A stretch of DNA of 62,931 bases, counting the filler, from Reticulomyxa filosa (Eukaryota; Protista; Foraminifera): the NCBI GenBank assembly GCA_000512085.1. It is 22 parts of 22 records of this genome, joined end to end, with 100 filler letters (N's around TTAATTAATTAA, not from the genome) between each part and the next. Parts side by side here need not be neighbours in the genome. Positions count along the whole stretch, not along the records: positions 48,310 to 55,620 come from ASPP01020363.1; positions 55,721 to 56,797 come from ASPP01044016.1; positions 56,898 to 59,249 come from ASPP01025075.1; positions 59,350 to 60,722 come from ASPP01044481.1; 18 more parts are not named here. One strand, written 5' to 3'. The notes beneath the pieces were generated by a model, which saw nothing but the letters and a program-made list of their open reading frames with translations, had not been told where the DNA came from and searched no databases. A program made the translations under genes and the position numbers. Below are positions 49,889-60,822 of this stretch, one piece after another. How positions within the stretch are numbered: the stretch's first letter is position 1; every line of letters begins with the position of its first letter.

Positions 49889-52800
49889 TTAAAAAAGAAC
49901 TTTTTGAGCTTGTGCCTCCTCAATGGATTGAACGTTATCCCAATTAATAGTTAAATTAGAAATTTGTGGATGTTGAAACTCGGCTAAGTTTTCGGTCTCA
50001 CGGAATTGTTGTAAGTACAACTTACGCTTTGCAACAACGAATTCTATAAACTCGTTACGTTCAATTGCCAATCTAAGTGCTTCTCTCCACCGGAATAGTC
50101 GAACATTGAACTCAATAGCTCGAAATAAAAGGCCATTTTCAATAAGAATGTCCACCGCCTCTTTCAATTTTTTTTTATACAACGCAATTTCAGCTTGTTT
50201 CCTCGTCTATAGTTTTTATGAGTGTATTTTTTTAACACTAAAAAATTTTGCTTTTGTTAAAAATTTAAAAAAGAACTTTTTCCCCGTTTTTTTTGTTTAA
50301 GTTGATAGATATACATAACCGATGAATGCATCCTGGACACATTTAAAAAGAATAACAATTTATCCGGTTCGTCCAATGCCGTCAGCCCTTGTATGACTGC
50401 ATCTAGCATGTTGGACTCCAAAGCCATTCCAGTGAATGCGCCATACATTGCTGTATCTTTGGCCATGTGACACAAGCGAAGAGACTCTGTCCATTTCCCT
50501 TGATTGATGTTATCATACAACAGCAACGGAAAAGGTGAGATGTGGACGGAATATTCACCGCCACTCGACAGACGAATTGTCAACAGTGTTTTTTCTATGT
50601 GAAGAATGCTGGCATCTGCATCCAGCGCGCTATTTTGTAAATACAAATCCTTTCTTTTTTTTTTGTAAGCTGTTATTTTTTTATACACGATTTGCACTTG
50701 TGCTCTTTTTTTTTGGCTTTTGGTTCAAACCTGACATTTGTTTTTACACACGTATATTTGAGTAAATCGGAGTCACTCCAAACTATGTTCGGATAATACC
50801 ACATCAACACACTTTTGTCGCATAAAGCAATCAAAATATCAGCTTCTGGGTGCCATGCAATTGAATTCACAATCTTTTTTTTTTAGAGTGTATGTATACG
50901 TAGAGTGGGATTGATATATATAGTTTGGAGTTGGTTGCTAACCGTATGTAACTTATGCCTTGTAGACTCATTATCTAGTTTGCATATCAGCAAATCCTTG
51001 TTGTTGTCTGTCCACGCCAGTTTTCGGTTGTCATTCAAACCACTTTGGTTTAGACAAACATTGGTGATGTCGCTTGTGTGTTCAATATCGTTGCACAATA
51101 ACTGAGAGGACTGTGGATCTACAAAATGCACGCCTGATGCCACATCCCACATGCATTTACAAAGACAAAAATAAGCAAAAACTGATGGTTATTGTCCTTT
51201 TTTTCCTCTCTGTCTTTTTAATGTTTGATAAACATATTAAAAAGGGTACACCTCAAACAAAATTATGTTTCAAACTTTTTTTTAAAACTGTTTCAAGTGT
51301 AAAACTCAACTTTTTTTATTGATCGAGTCGACAATTGCAACACAATCTACGGCCACAGAAACCAACGAACGATTCAATAAATAGGGTTTAACTGTGTTTA
51401 TCTGAATCGAGGCCATAGGACGACCTTCAAAACTTACTGTTGATATCCCATTTTGATTTGTTAGTAAAATATACCTATTTTCCATCAAAAGCAATTTATT
51501 ATCTTATATTCTTTATTAAAACAGTTTCAAAAAAAAAAGATAAAAAAACAAAAAAATGCACACGTTTGTGTTGCCAAAATTAAAGTAATATAGTTATTGG
51601 ACGGTGATGTGATTGTTTGTGCAGGGGCGTCCAAATTTTTCAAGTCATAAAATTGACAGCTCATTGCACTAGTTAGAGCAATTAAGTGAAACTGAGCACA
51701 TAAAAAATCCACAACCGGAGCATTGAAGTGCAAAATATTACCGTTTTCATTGTTTTCTTGTCCCATAGCAGTTTCACTTTCCAACACGTTGGCAACGTGT
51801 AGCTCACACGGGCTAGCTTGTGTGATCTCCCATTGTTTGTGTTTTATGCACTTACCAGTGACTGTACCCACACAAAGTTGGCCATTGCCTGCACCGGCAA
51901 TAATGTCCATGTTAGTCCTTGACCATTGCACTGACATTATAGATCCCATTTCAATATCTAATTGATTGTAAATCCACTAAATTTTTTTTTTTTTGAACGT
52001 ATATTAAAAAATTTCTTTTCGTATTTAATAAAATAAATGACTAAATTTAGATAGTAAGATATTTAAAAATTTAAACTCCTAGCCGATCACAAAATAAAAG
52101 AAGATTATGTGATCCCACTGCAAAGTACTTGCCGTTTGGGGCCCATCCCACGCTTGTACAAGGAAAAGAAAAAGTTGAACTCGAATATAGCATTCTTCCA
52201 TATTCGTCCCATACTCTATTTTCAAATTGCTACATTTTTAATTAATTTGTAAAAACATATAAGAAAATAATAATAACAACTTGTTTAGCTAAAGGCTTAA
52301 AATGAAAATATACCTGTAACAACAATCTTCTCCACCGGTTACTATTAATTGATTTTGAGCATTCCAATCTAATGCCAAGACAGCAGATGCATGTGCTTTC
52401 CATTTTATTGGTTTATTGTGTCCTTGAATAGGCTGAATAGCAACGTACTCTATTTAACCCATAATACGTATGAAACGTCAGTAAACAACAGTCCCTTCCG
52501 AGCACTTTTTTTGTTCAAAAAGTTTTATAAAAGATGTTTCCTACTCTTACTTTCAAAACAATAAACGACAGCATGATCACTAGGACTCCAATCAATGTCA
52601 TAAATCAAATGTGATACTGCGACTAATCTTGATCGCAAGTTGCCAGTCCGAGACCATTGCTTTATGACACCGTCTTCGCCTCCCGTAACAAGAGCAGACC
52701 CATCTTTATTCCACTGCACACAAATAACAGCGCCCAAATGAGCAGACTCAATTTGTTTTGTGATTTTCCCTTGGGAGCTGTTGTAAAATAGCAACGAGCC

Positions 52801-53257
52801 TTTAAATTCAAATCACACAAAAGAAAAAGGTAGGGAAGGGCGAAAGATCGGGCGTGACAAACAAAAAGCAATGCAGATACAAAAGCAAACCGTCAGTTGT
52901 TCCCAAAGCAGCAAACTGTTGTCCGGGACACCAAGAGAAGGACATACAAACTTGAGGAAGAGTAAATAAATTTGTTTTTGGTAAAATGTTTCGGTTTGCT
53001 TCATCTTCGTCAATATTCCAATTTATTATTGTCTTATCATCACCAACAGATACAAACTCTTTGCCACTGTTTTCCAACCATTTCACTGAGTTCACCGTAC
53101 CTTCATCTAATCGTTTTTTGTTTTTTTTTTTGCAGTTTTCAAATAAAAACAAAATTTTTTTCGAATCGCTTTAATAACTAACGGGTTTGCTGTTAAAAGT
53201 ATATAACACATTGTACTTACGCGCGTGAGATGAAACAACTTTTACTTCTAACTTCAT
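49889..53257 (-). CDS. IFT80: Intraflagellar transport protein 80 (IFT80/WDR56), multi-exon, apparently complete
   Basis: ATG at 53257 (MKLEVK). AHLGAVICVQWNKDGSALVTGGEDGVIKQWSRTGNLRSRL, WKAHASAVLALDWN..LIVTGGEDCCYR, WDEYGRMLY, WAPNGKYFAVGS, MWYYPN, ISPFPLLL, GKWTESLRLC, GLLFRAI..LFRWREALRLA. Stop at 49889. Confidence 0.94.
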
Positions 53258-53723
53258 GCTTTAAAATAGCGGCTATGTCAAATCTTTTAATATTGATTGT
53301 ATCTGTTCGCTATTAGCTCTTTTCTGAAGCGATAGTGGACATACATATGGCGTCATCACGTGCCCAATGCTGACACGTTTTTAAAAATATGTGCACACGT
53401 GGACGTCGAGTGCATTATGTATATTGAAAAAAGATGGGTTATGGTTTTTTTTTAGCTGTTAGATTTGCGAGGACGTGGTGAAATTAAAAAGAATTTTGTT
53501 CAAATGTTTCACACACGATTCTGTTTTTTTCTCCCCGCTGTGTATGGTTGACCAAGCAGGAAAAAAGGGAAGAGGGAGGTACCACATTGAGTTTGAAAGA
53601 AAAGTGAGAATAAACAAACAACACCAAAGTCACCGCGATTATTACTACACATAAACAAAAATTTGGTGCGTCAGAAATTTACAAAATTTCAAGAAGGGGG
53701 GGAGGGGGAAGAAAAAAGTTGTT

Positions 53724-55470
53724 TTATTCTTCATTGGTAGATGACAAACTTTGCATGGATTGAGTTTTCGTCATATCACGGCCAGGTGGTACTATTCAAA
53801 AAAAAAAAAAAAAACAAATGAACTCGGATCGAAATCTTTTATAGGCAAAGACAAAGTAAAAAAAAAAAAAAAAAAAATACATTTGTGTCTAGTTTCAATT
53901 TCTTTCAATGCTTTTGTTCCGGTTTTGGATTGTCGCAGTTGTGCTTTGAGTAACTCCTCAATGGAAGTCATTTTGTCATGCAAGGGTCGAAGTGGCATAC
54001 TACCGCTAGCTACGCCAGCCCCTCCTTTGAACAAGGAAGAGCGTCGAGGGTTGGCCATGCCTAATAAAGAGACGCGAGGGTTGGCCATGCCCAATAAAGA
54101 GACGCGACTGTTGCGAACAGGCTTGACATTTTGTTCCATTTCTTGAGCCAAGGTCTCCCACTCTTTTTGCGACAACTTTCCGTTGTGATCTTGATCGTGC
54201 TGATCAATAAACTGCTGAGCAGCTTCAATGGTCCATCCAGTTTTGGCGGCCAACTCCTGCGCGTCCAACTGACCATCTCCATCGGCGTCAAGTGTATCGA
54301 TTCCAAGCTTGGTGACGTTGCGGACCATTTGTTGCAAGCGCAAAACCGCACCGCGCATGCCAAGAAAGCCAAAGCTCAACTTGTCCTCGTCGCTCAGCTC
54401 GTCGGCGGTCTCGCTGTACGCCTGTGACAAAATGGCGATGAACACGTTTGTGAGGATGAGCAGCATCAACACCGACCACAGCACGTAATACACGGAGCCC
54501 CAAGTGCGACTGCTCACTTGCAATGAGGAGTAGTCGATGTCGCCAACCATAAATCGAACCATATTCGAAAACGCGTACACCATCGACCGGTAGTCATCCA
54601 CATCGCTAGAGAAGATCATATAGCCACAAAATCCAAAGCCAAGGAAAAAGATTATCAATACGAGAATGAACATAAGTAAGTCTTGTCCAGCCTTGCCTAA
54701 ATCAATCATATATATGTTATATATATGTACATATATATATACATACATATATATATATAAATGTACATACCCAACATCGTAAAGAAAAATTTAAGACGAC
54801 GATTAACACTGAAATATTTAAATAGTTTGAAAAAGGACAAAAATCCATTGAAAGCCAGAATATATGTTTCCGAGAGGAAAAAATATTGCAGCTTTCGGAA
54901 CGACCGGAATTGGTAAATGTCTTTCCAGTCGTGGCCTTTTTTGTGACGATAGGCCTCGTTGGCGATGAAGACGATAATGGCGCCATAGAAGAAGCAGTAG
55001 TTGATCAGGTCCAACACTCTCCAACGCGTTTTGCCCCAGTAGCCTTGCTTCGAGCAGCTGCATCCTTCGCGGTACATTTCGTTGCCCATTATCACTGTGA
55101 ACGCCACCACAAACAGCACCCACACGATTTGCAGCGCCGCCAATGCCGTCCCGTCACTGTCGGCATACCGCAAAAACTTCCACGTTTTTATCTCGTAAAA
55201 TGGAAACACGCCGCCATTTGGCATTTCAAATGCCATGCGACCAAAGTATGAAAATTCGACTGATTGTTTTATAAGTATATATATACATATATATATATTT
55301 TTTTTTTTTTTGGAAAAAAAAAAAAAGAGTGAGACTAAACTGAGGGATTATACAAATTGAAATCAATGCAAACCATTTCCGTTGCTTTGTCAATCCAATC
55401 TCCGAGTTGCAGCATGCCACTTTCATTGAGTGCTTGGGAATAGTTCAAAGGGAAATCGTGGACATAGCCT
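53724..55470 (-). CDS. PKD2: Polycystin-2 (PKD2/TRPP) cation channel with C-terminal EF-hand pair, 3' multi-exon part
   Basis: WIDKATEMVCIDFNLYNP, AFEMPNGG, WRVLDL, LSFFKLFKY, GFGFCGYMIFS, RFMVGDIDY, LLILTNVFIAILSQAY. EF loops DADGDGQLDAQE and DQDHNGKLSQKE. Last exon ends STNEE* at 53724. Confidence 0.93.
54045..54106 (-). repeat. 30-bp coding tandem duplication (RVSLLGMANP x2) in the PKD2 tail
   Basis: CGAGGGTTGGCCATGCC(T/C)AATAAAGAGACG occurs twice with one mismatch. Confidence 0.95.
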
Positions 55471-55789
55471 TTTTTTATTTATTTTATTTATTTATAGGAA
55501 TTTGATTCAAACAAAATCATTATAATAATTTATTTTTTTAAAAAAAAAAAAAAAAGTAATGTTTATATAATTTCTGTCGTGTGCGCATATTACATGCAAC
55601 ACACTAAAAAAAAAAACAAANNNNNNNNNNNNNNNNNNNNNNNNNNNNNNNNNNNNNNNNNNNNTTAATTAATTAANNNNNNNNNNNNNNNNNNNNNNNN
55701 NNNNNNNNNNNNNNNNNNNNTGAGATATTTGTTTTGCAATATTTTCTTTCTGCGAATTCAATTTATAATATTCTCTCTAAAAAAACCAT

Positions 55790-56797
55790 AAGAAAAGACT
55801 TGAAAGAATGCAAATAATTACAATGTGCAGGATACTTGGAGTGATGCAATCGACAGCGTACGATACATTAAATGTGATATCGCAGATGTCAATATTGGAA
55901 TTTCGAAGACAACAAGAAGAAGTTAAATTATATTACAAATGTATCCGATTCAAGTAAGAAGTTTCCGGATCACAATTTGACAATGGCATATCAATTGTGG
56001 AGAAGCAATCATAAGATGGAAATTGTTTACATTATCAAGAGCATATATTTATGCATCTGAAGTTGGAGTTCCGACGTAAGGCCTGACCAATATCCACACC
56101 AGAGCAAATTGCCAATGCAGATCGCACGACTACCACATCCAACCAAGTCTCCATTTGAGAGATGGATGAAACCAACACAATAAGGGATATTAGATGAAAG
56201 AACAACTGTAATATTTGCGAATTGTAGTTGCAAGACAGATCCAGGAATTGGAGCTTATAGCCAAGACTGAAAATGTTGTCAAAATATTGAAAGACAATGA
56301 TATCCAGATTGGATATTCAATGGTGAAAGTGGAACCATTTGACAAAGGCAAATCAAGGCCAAAATCGCATTTCAAGCAATGCAGGAAATGCTACAGATTG
56401 AACCATATTGTTCGTGAATGTCCAAAAAAAAGTAAAATATGTAAGTTTACTGATTGTCAAATCATGAAGCGGCAAAATGCCGACCAAGAATGACCCAAGC
56501 AAACACAAATGTGTACTATGTCGAAAGCAGTACCCAAGCGATTCATTGCAATGTGGACCTCAGAAACCAAAGAAGATGACCAATAGAAAGAAGAATAAAA
56601 GAATAATAAAGATCAAATGCCGCAGACAAGAGATCTTATGCTGATGAAATCTCACTGCCAAAACGTGAATTAGCAGATATTAAGTCAGCATTCCAGCAAT
56701 TACAATCCTTATTTTAATCAATTAACCCAAAGTTGATGCAGATTGTGATTGGGAATCGATCAAGAGATGAAATCAACGTTGCAAATACCAATATGCA
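55790..56797 (+). mobile_element. Decayed non-LTR retrotransposon ORF1 (gag-like, CCHC knuckles)
   Basis: IQIGYSMVKVEPF..FKQCRKCYRLNHIVRECP (CX2CX4HX4C), followed by degenerate knuckles ICKF and HKCVLCRKQYPSDSLQC. Multiple stops and frameshifts. Confidence 0.72.
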
Positions 56798-56897
56798 NNN
56801 NNNNNNNNNNNNNNNNNNNNNNNNNNNNNNNNNNNNNNNNNTTAATTAATTAANNNNNNNNNNNNNNNNNNNNNNNNNNNNNNNNNNNNNNNNNNNN

Positions 56898-57334
56898 AAT
56901 GTCCAAGCTATTGCTATGTGATATTCAAACTCTTTCCATTTCATTCTCAATGATGACTTTGAACGATTTAGTATTTCTACTTCAACATCAATATTCATCT
57001 CTTTAATGTGTGTTTCAATCATTGTAAGAATTTCAAAGTTTCGTGTTTGAAACGATTCAAGGTTGTTATGATCAAAATTTTTTTCATAAAAAAATACTAA
57101 ATACCCACAAGATACTCCAGGAATGGCAAGTCGTTTTTGTACACATCCAGATAATGCTACACCATACATGTCATAATGTTGGATCGTTTCTTTGTGTCTT
57201 TCCAATAAACTGTTCACAAGTTCATTGGCGTATTTGTAGTACAAAGCGACAGCGTCAGAGGAAATCACTTTTCCAAGAGTCTCTTCCAAATAGGTGTGGC
57301 ATTGTGAAATAATCTCTTGCTTTTTGTCAGACAT
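56898..57334 (-). CDS. OAS-like (2'-5' oligoadenylate synthetase / cGAS-DncV-fold) nucleotidyltransferase N-lobe, apparently catalytically inactive; 3' truncated
   Basis: VALSGCVQKRLAIPGVSCGYLVFFY aligns without gaps to the recalled OAS motif [25 protein letters not shown]. It is followed by helix FQTRNFEILTMIETHIKE and strands SSLRMKW..EYHIAIAW (cf. RALSF..VEFDVLPAF). Confidence 0.62.
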
Positions 57335-57533
57335 CTTTTGAATATGTGAGAATATTATGGGTAACGTGTTAGAGTTTTAAAATTCGTTAAAGCGGACGGC
57401 AACCCGTTGTTGCAGTCAACAGTTCATAATATTGTGCTCGCAATGACAGAGAGTTGATATAATATAAACAGAACGCCAAGAGTATGTTTACAAAATTGAT
57501 TTAAAAAGAATTATTCAAAATCCAATTGTACTG

Positions 57534-57832
57534 AGTAGATTGCAAAAAAAACTGTTATACCTATTGCACCACTATGAAGAGAATCGATTTTCCACGAAAA
57601 ATAAACATTTAACCTAATTTTTAAAAATTATCTATTCTTTTAAAAGAACAAATTTTAAAATGACAACCAAAAACAAAAAAACAAATCAAACGCCTAAAAA
57701 AAAGTATTTATATTTAAAAACTACAAAATTTGTAGATATTTTTAAAAATTATGTTCAAATGTTATTTTTCATGGGAAAATTGGTTCTCTTCATAGTGGTG
57801 CCATTTAGGTATGGTTTTTTTTGCAATCTACT
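57534..57832. mobile_element. MITE-like foldback element (~300 bp, ~100-bp imperfect terminal inverted repeats)
   Basis: AGTAGATTGCAAAAAAAAC..ATACCTA..GCACCACTATGAAGAGAA..ATTTTCC..TAATTTTTAAAAAT.ATCTA (57534-57633) is the reverse complement of 57733-57832. No ORF. Confidence 0.85.
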
Positions 57833-58863
57833 ATAATAGCACCTTCTAACAATAAAATTATCATACTGATTAAATCAACTCATGTTAGACTTTGTTTAAT
57901 TTGATTGTAATTGAAAGTTAAATCCTGTCAAGTCAGTGTTCAAAGGGAGCCTTGGAATCTTTTTTTACTCAAAATTCCTTTACTTTTTTGGTTAACTTCT
58001 TCATTCTCTTTATTTTAAACTTTTGTTTTTGTGAAATTTGCCCAAAGGAGTGATTTTTTCTATTATTTTTTGCTGGCTGCACCTCACATCTACACACCAG
58101 TCAACGAGCACTACTCTTTCCATGAATCATTACAAGCTTGGACAAGCATTATGAAGCATACGTATACATAGACTCAATTTGAATACTTAAAGTGGCTCGC
58201 ATTAGCATTTGGCCATTGTTCATCCAATATTTTTTGAAACGTCCATTTTTATATTTCGAGGACACAATGATAACAAGTATCATAATGACATATATTGCCT
58301 TAGTATTACATAAGCAAAAGCATATCGCGGTGTTAGTGATACAGAGGCATCTCAAATGGCTTAAAAAAGTGAGAATTTATGGAGTGAGTGTGTACAGAGA
58401 TTCCAAATGTAAATATTTATTCATTTCGATCATGTGCAATGTTGGATCACACTCCAAGTGCACTCTTTTTAATCACTTTGTTCTTGAGAAGTTGCTCATA
58501 CAAAAAAATTATTATTCCCATTCCTTTTCTACTATTCATTTTTTAATTTTGACATCCATGTCCAAATACAAAAGTTGTTTTGGAAATGTCACAACAGCCA
58601 TTCGTTTTTGAAAGTTTTTTGCTCTTGTTTTGCAAAATAATTACATTAGATAAACTAACTTTTTGTTAAGGATCAAATTTAATGACATACAACTGCGTAA
58701 TGAAAGTAGCCCGTTGTCGTCCTGCAAGCTTGGGAATGGCATCTGCAATTTACAGAAAGAACTGGTCGTTGGAAGTGCACAATTCAGTCCGACCTTTTTT
58801 TTTTCCCTTTCCCCTTTTCAACCTCACCAACAAAATCGTATAAAAAAGATTAAGACAAGGATA

Positions 58864-59206
58864 ATGGGCTTGTGCGGTTCAAATGAGATTGATACATCTT
58901 CTACAAAACGACTTGACGGCAACTCAATAGACAACAGTGAAAAAATGTCAATGCAAAAAAAAACTGACAAAGAAATAAACAAAGTACTGAACAAGATGGA
59001 TCAGCAAAAACACCGGATTAGTTGTAAGTTGATGTTATTAGGCGCAGGCGAAGGCGGCAAGACCACACTGCTGCGGCAAATGAGGCGATTACATGGAGAT
59101 GCCTTCACTGAACGCGAGCTAAGAGATTCCAGGCCAAACATTATTAAAAACGTTGTCGAAGCTATGCGAACCTTGGCTGTGTATAGTGAAATACTGAACG
59201 AATCAG
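58864..59206 (+). CDS. Heterotrimeric G-protein alpha subunit, first exon
   Basis: MGLCGS (myristoylation/palmitoylation-type start) and KLMLLGAGEGGKTTLLRQMRRLHGDAFT...IIKNV. Donor GT at 59207. The true start is 58864, not the ORF-track start at 58663. Confidence 0.92.
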
Positions 59207-59349
59207 GTAAATTTTTTTTTTTTTTTCTTTCCATTCACTTACCCCCCCCNNNNNNNNNNNNNNNNNNNNNNNNNNNNNNNNNNNNNNNNNNNNTTAATTA
59301 ATTAANNNNNNNNNNNNNNNNNNNNNNNNNNNNNNNNNNNNNNNNNNNN

Positions 59350-60722
59350 TGATTGAATTGATCAGATAATACAATTGTAACTGTTGCTCCTTTTCCATTA
59401 CATTTCTCATGAAAATTACTTGATCCAAATCCATCATTACTTCCACGATATAATAATGTCACTTTACTTTCTGCTCTTTTTGGTAAAAATGATAATAACA
59501 AACGATTTTCTTCTTTTACCAATATCTTTGACTCAAATTTTATTGGCATTGGTGTATCAAACGTCACTGATTTTGAAAAAGGAGTAAAAGAAATTCCTTG
59601 ACAACATGACGCTCTCATTCTCAATGAATACTTTATACCCCATTCCAATAGATTATCTTTTTCATCTCCAAAGTCAATTGTTCCATTTGATTGATTAAGT
59701 ACTGCTGGAATCTCTTTGATCATTTTCCATTTGAATTGTTGATTATCATTGTTATCATCGTCATTAAATGATAATATTTCCAATTGATACAAATAATCAT
59801 TTTTCCATTGTTTATTTATTTTTTCAATATTGTATTTCATTGATACAATTGGATTATCTTTTGTTTCATCCTTCACTTTGATATCAGTCAAAGCGATAGA
59901 TCCAGATTCAACAACGATCATTTGTTGTTTAAGTAATTGACCAATCATTTGAATAAGTTGTTCAATTTGTTTTTGATCATTGGTGAATTGAACATTAATA
60001 GACGTATCCAAGTTAGGGATAATTGGATTGGATTTTAAAGAATTGATATTAAGATTAGGATCGTCTTGTAATAATTGTTTTAATTGTTCCCTTTTTTGAT
60101 TGGAATCAATATCAATATCATTAATACATTGAGTAATTTGTTCATTTTTTGTTTTAAATTGTTGTTCCACATTTTTAACTTCAGTTAGCAATTCAGTTAA
60201 TATTTGTTTTTTTTTCTTTTTGTACGTATCAACTTCATTCAATAAATATTCCTCGTGTTTTTCAATTGCATTTATCATCATTTTACAACTTTTTGAAATG
60301 TTTTGTTTTGATATTTTGTGATTTTCTTCCAATTTTACGATTTCTGCGTTTATTTGTCCCACTATTTTTGATACTTCTTTCGATTCTTCGTATATTTTAT
60401 TCATTCTTTCATGTTCATTTGGATGCAATATTATCACTTGTGGAACGCGTGTCTTCGTAGATTCTTTGTAAACTTTTGATTCAGGAATTTTAGAAAGTAC
60501 CTTTAACAGATCTGCACGACTCATTACTCCAACTTGTGCTTCCTTGCAGACCTCACTGAAATATTTGCAATTTTTTTACTGTGATGTTATGCCACTTTTT
60601 TGTGATAAAAATTAACTCAATATCTTTTTCTCTCCATTCCATCAAATGTTCCAAAGTCACTCCAATTGTTTGTAGCGCTTTAGCGGTGTTTTCGGCGTTG
60701 ATGATTTTATGCTTTTTCATAA
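59350..60722 (-). CDS. SAM-like / coiled-coil / FN3-like / TLDc-domain protein (truncated at both ends)
   Basis: TLDc start LLYRGSNDGFGSSNFHEKCNGKGATVTIV. Long coiled coil. FN3-like LEWGIKYSLRMRA..GISFTPFS. Splicing an intron (~60557-60618) gives SAM-like GVTLEHLMEWREKDIDEVCKEAQVGVMSRADLLKVL. Confidence 0.8.
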
Positions 60723-60822
60723 NNNNNNNNNNNNNNNNNNNNNNNNNNNNNNNNNNNNNNNNNNNNTTAATTAATTAANNNNNNNNNNNNNNNNNNNNNN
60801 NNNNNNNNNNNNNNNNNNNNNN

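Noticed and set aside
58149-58860. ORFs 58192-58611 and 58149-58355, and an N-terminal extension of G-alpha from 58663
   Set aside because: No recognisable motifs and non-ATG starts. G-alpha has a canonical MGxCxS start at 58864.
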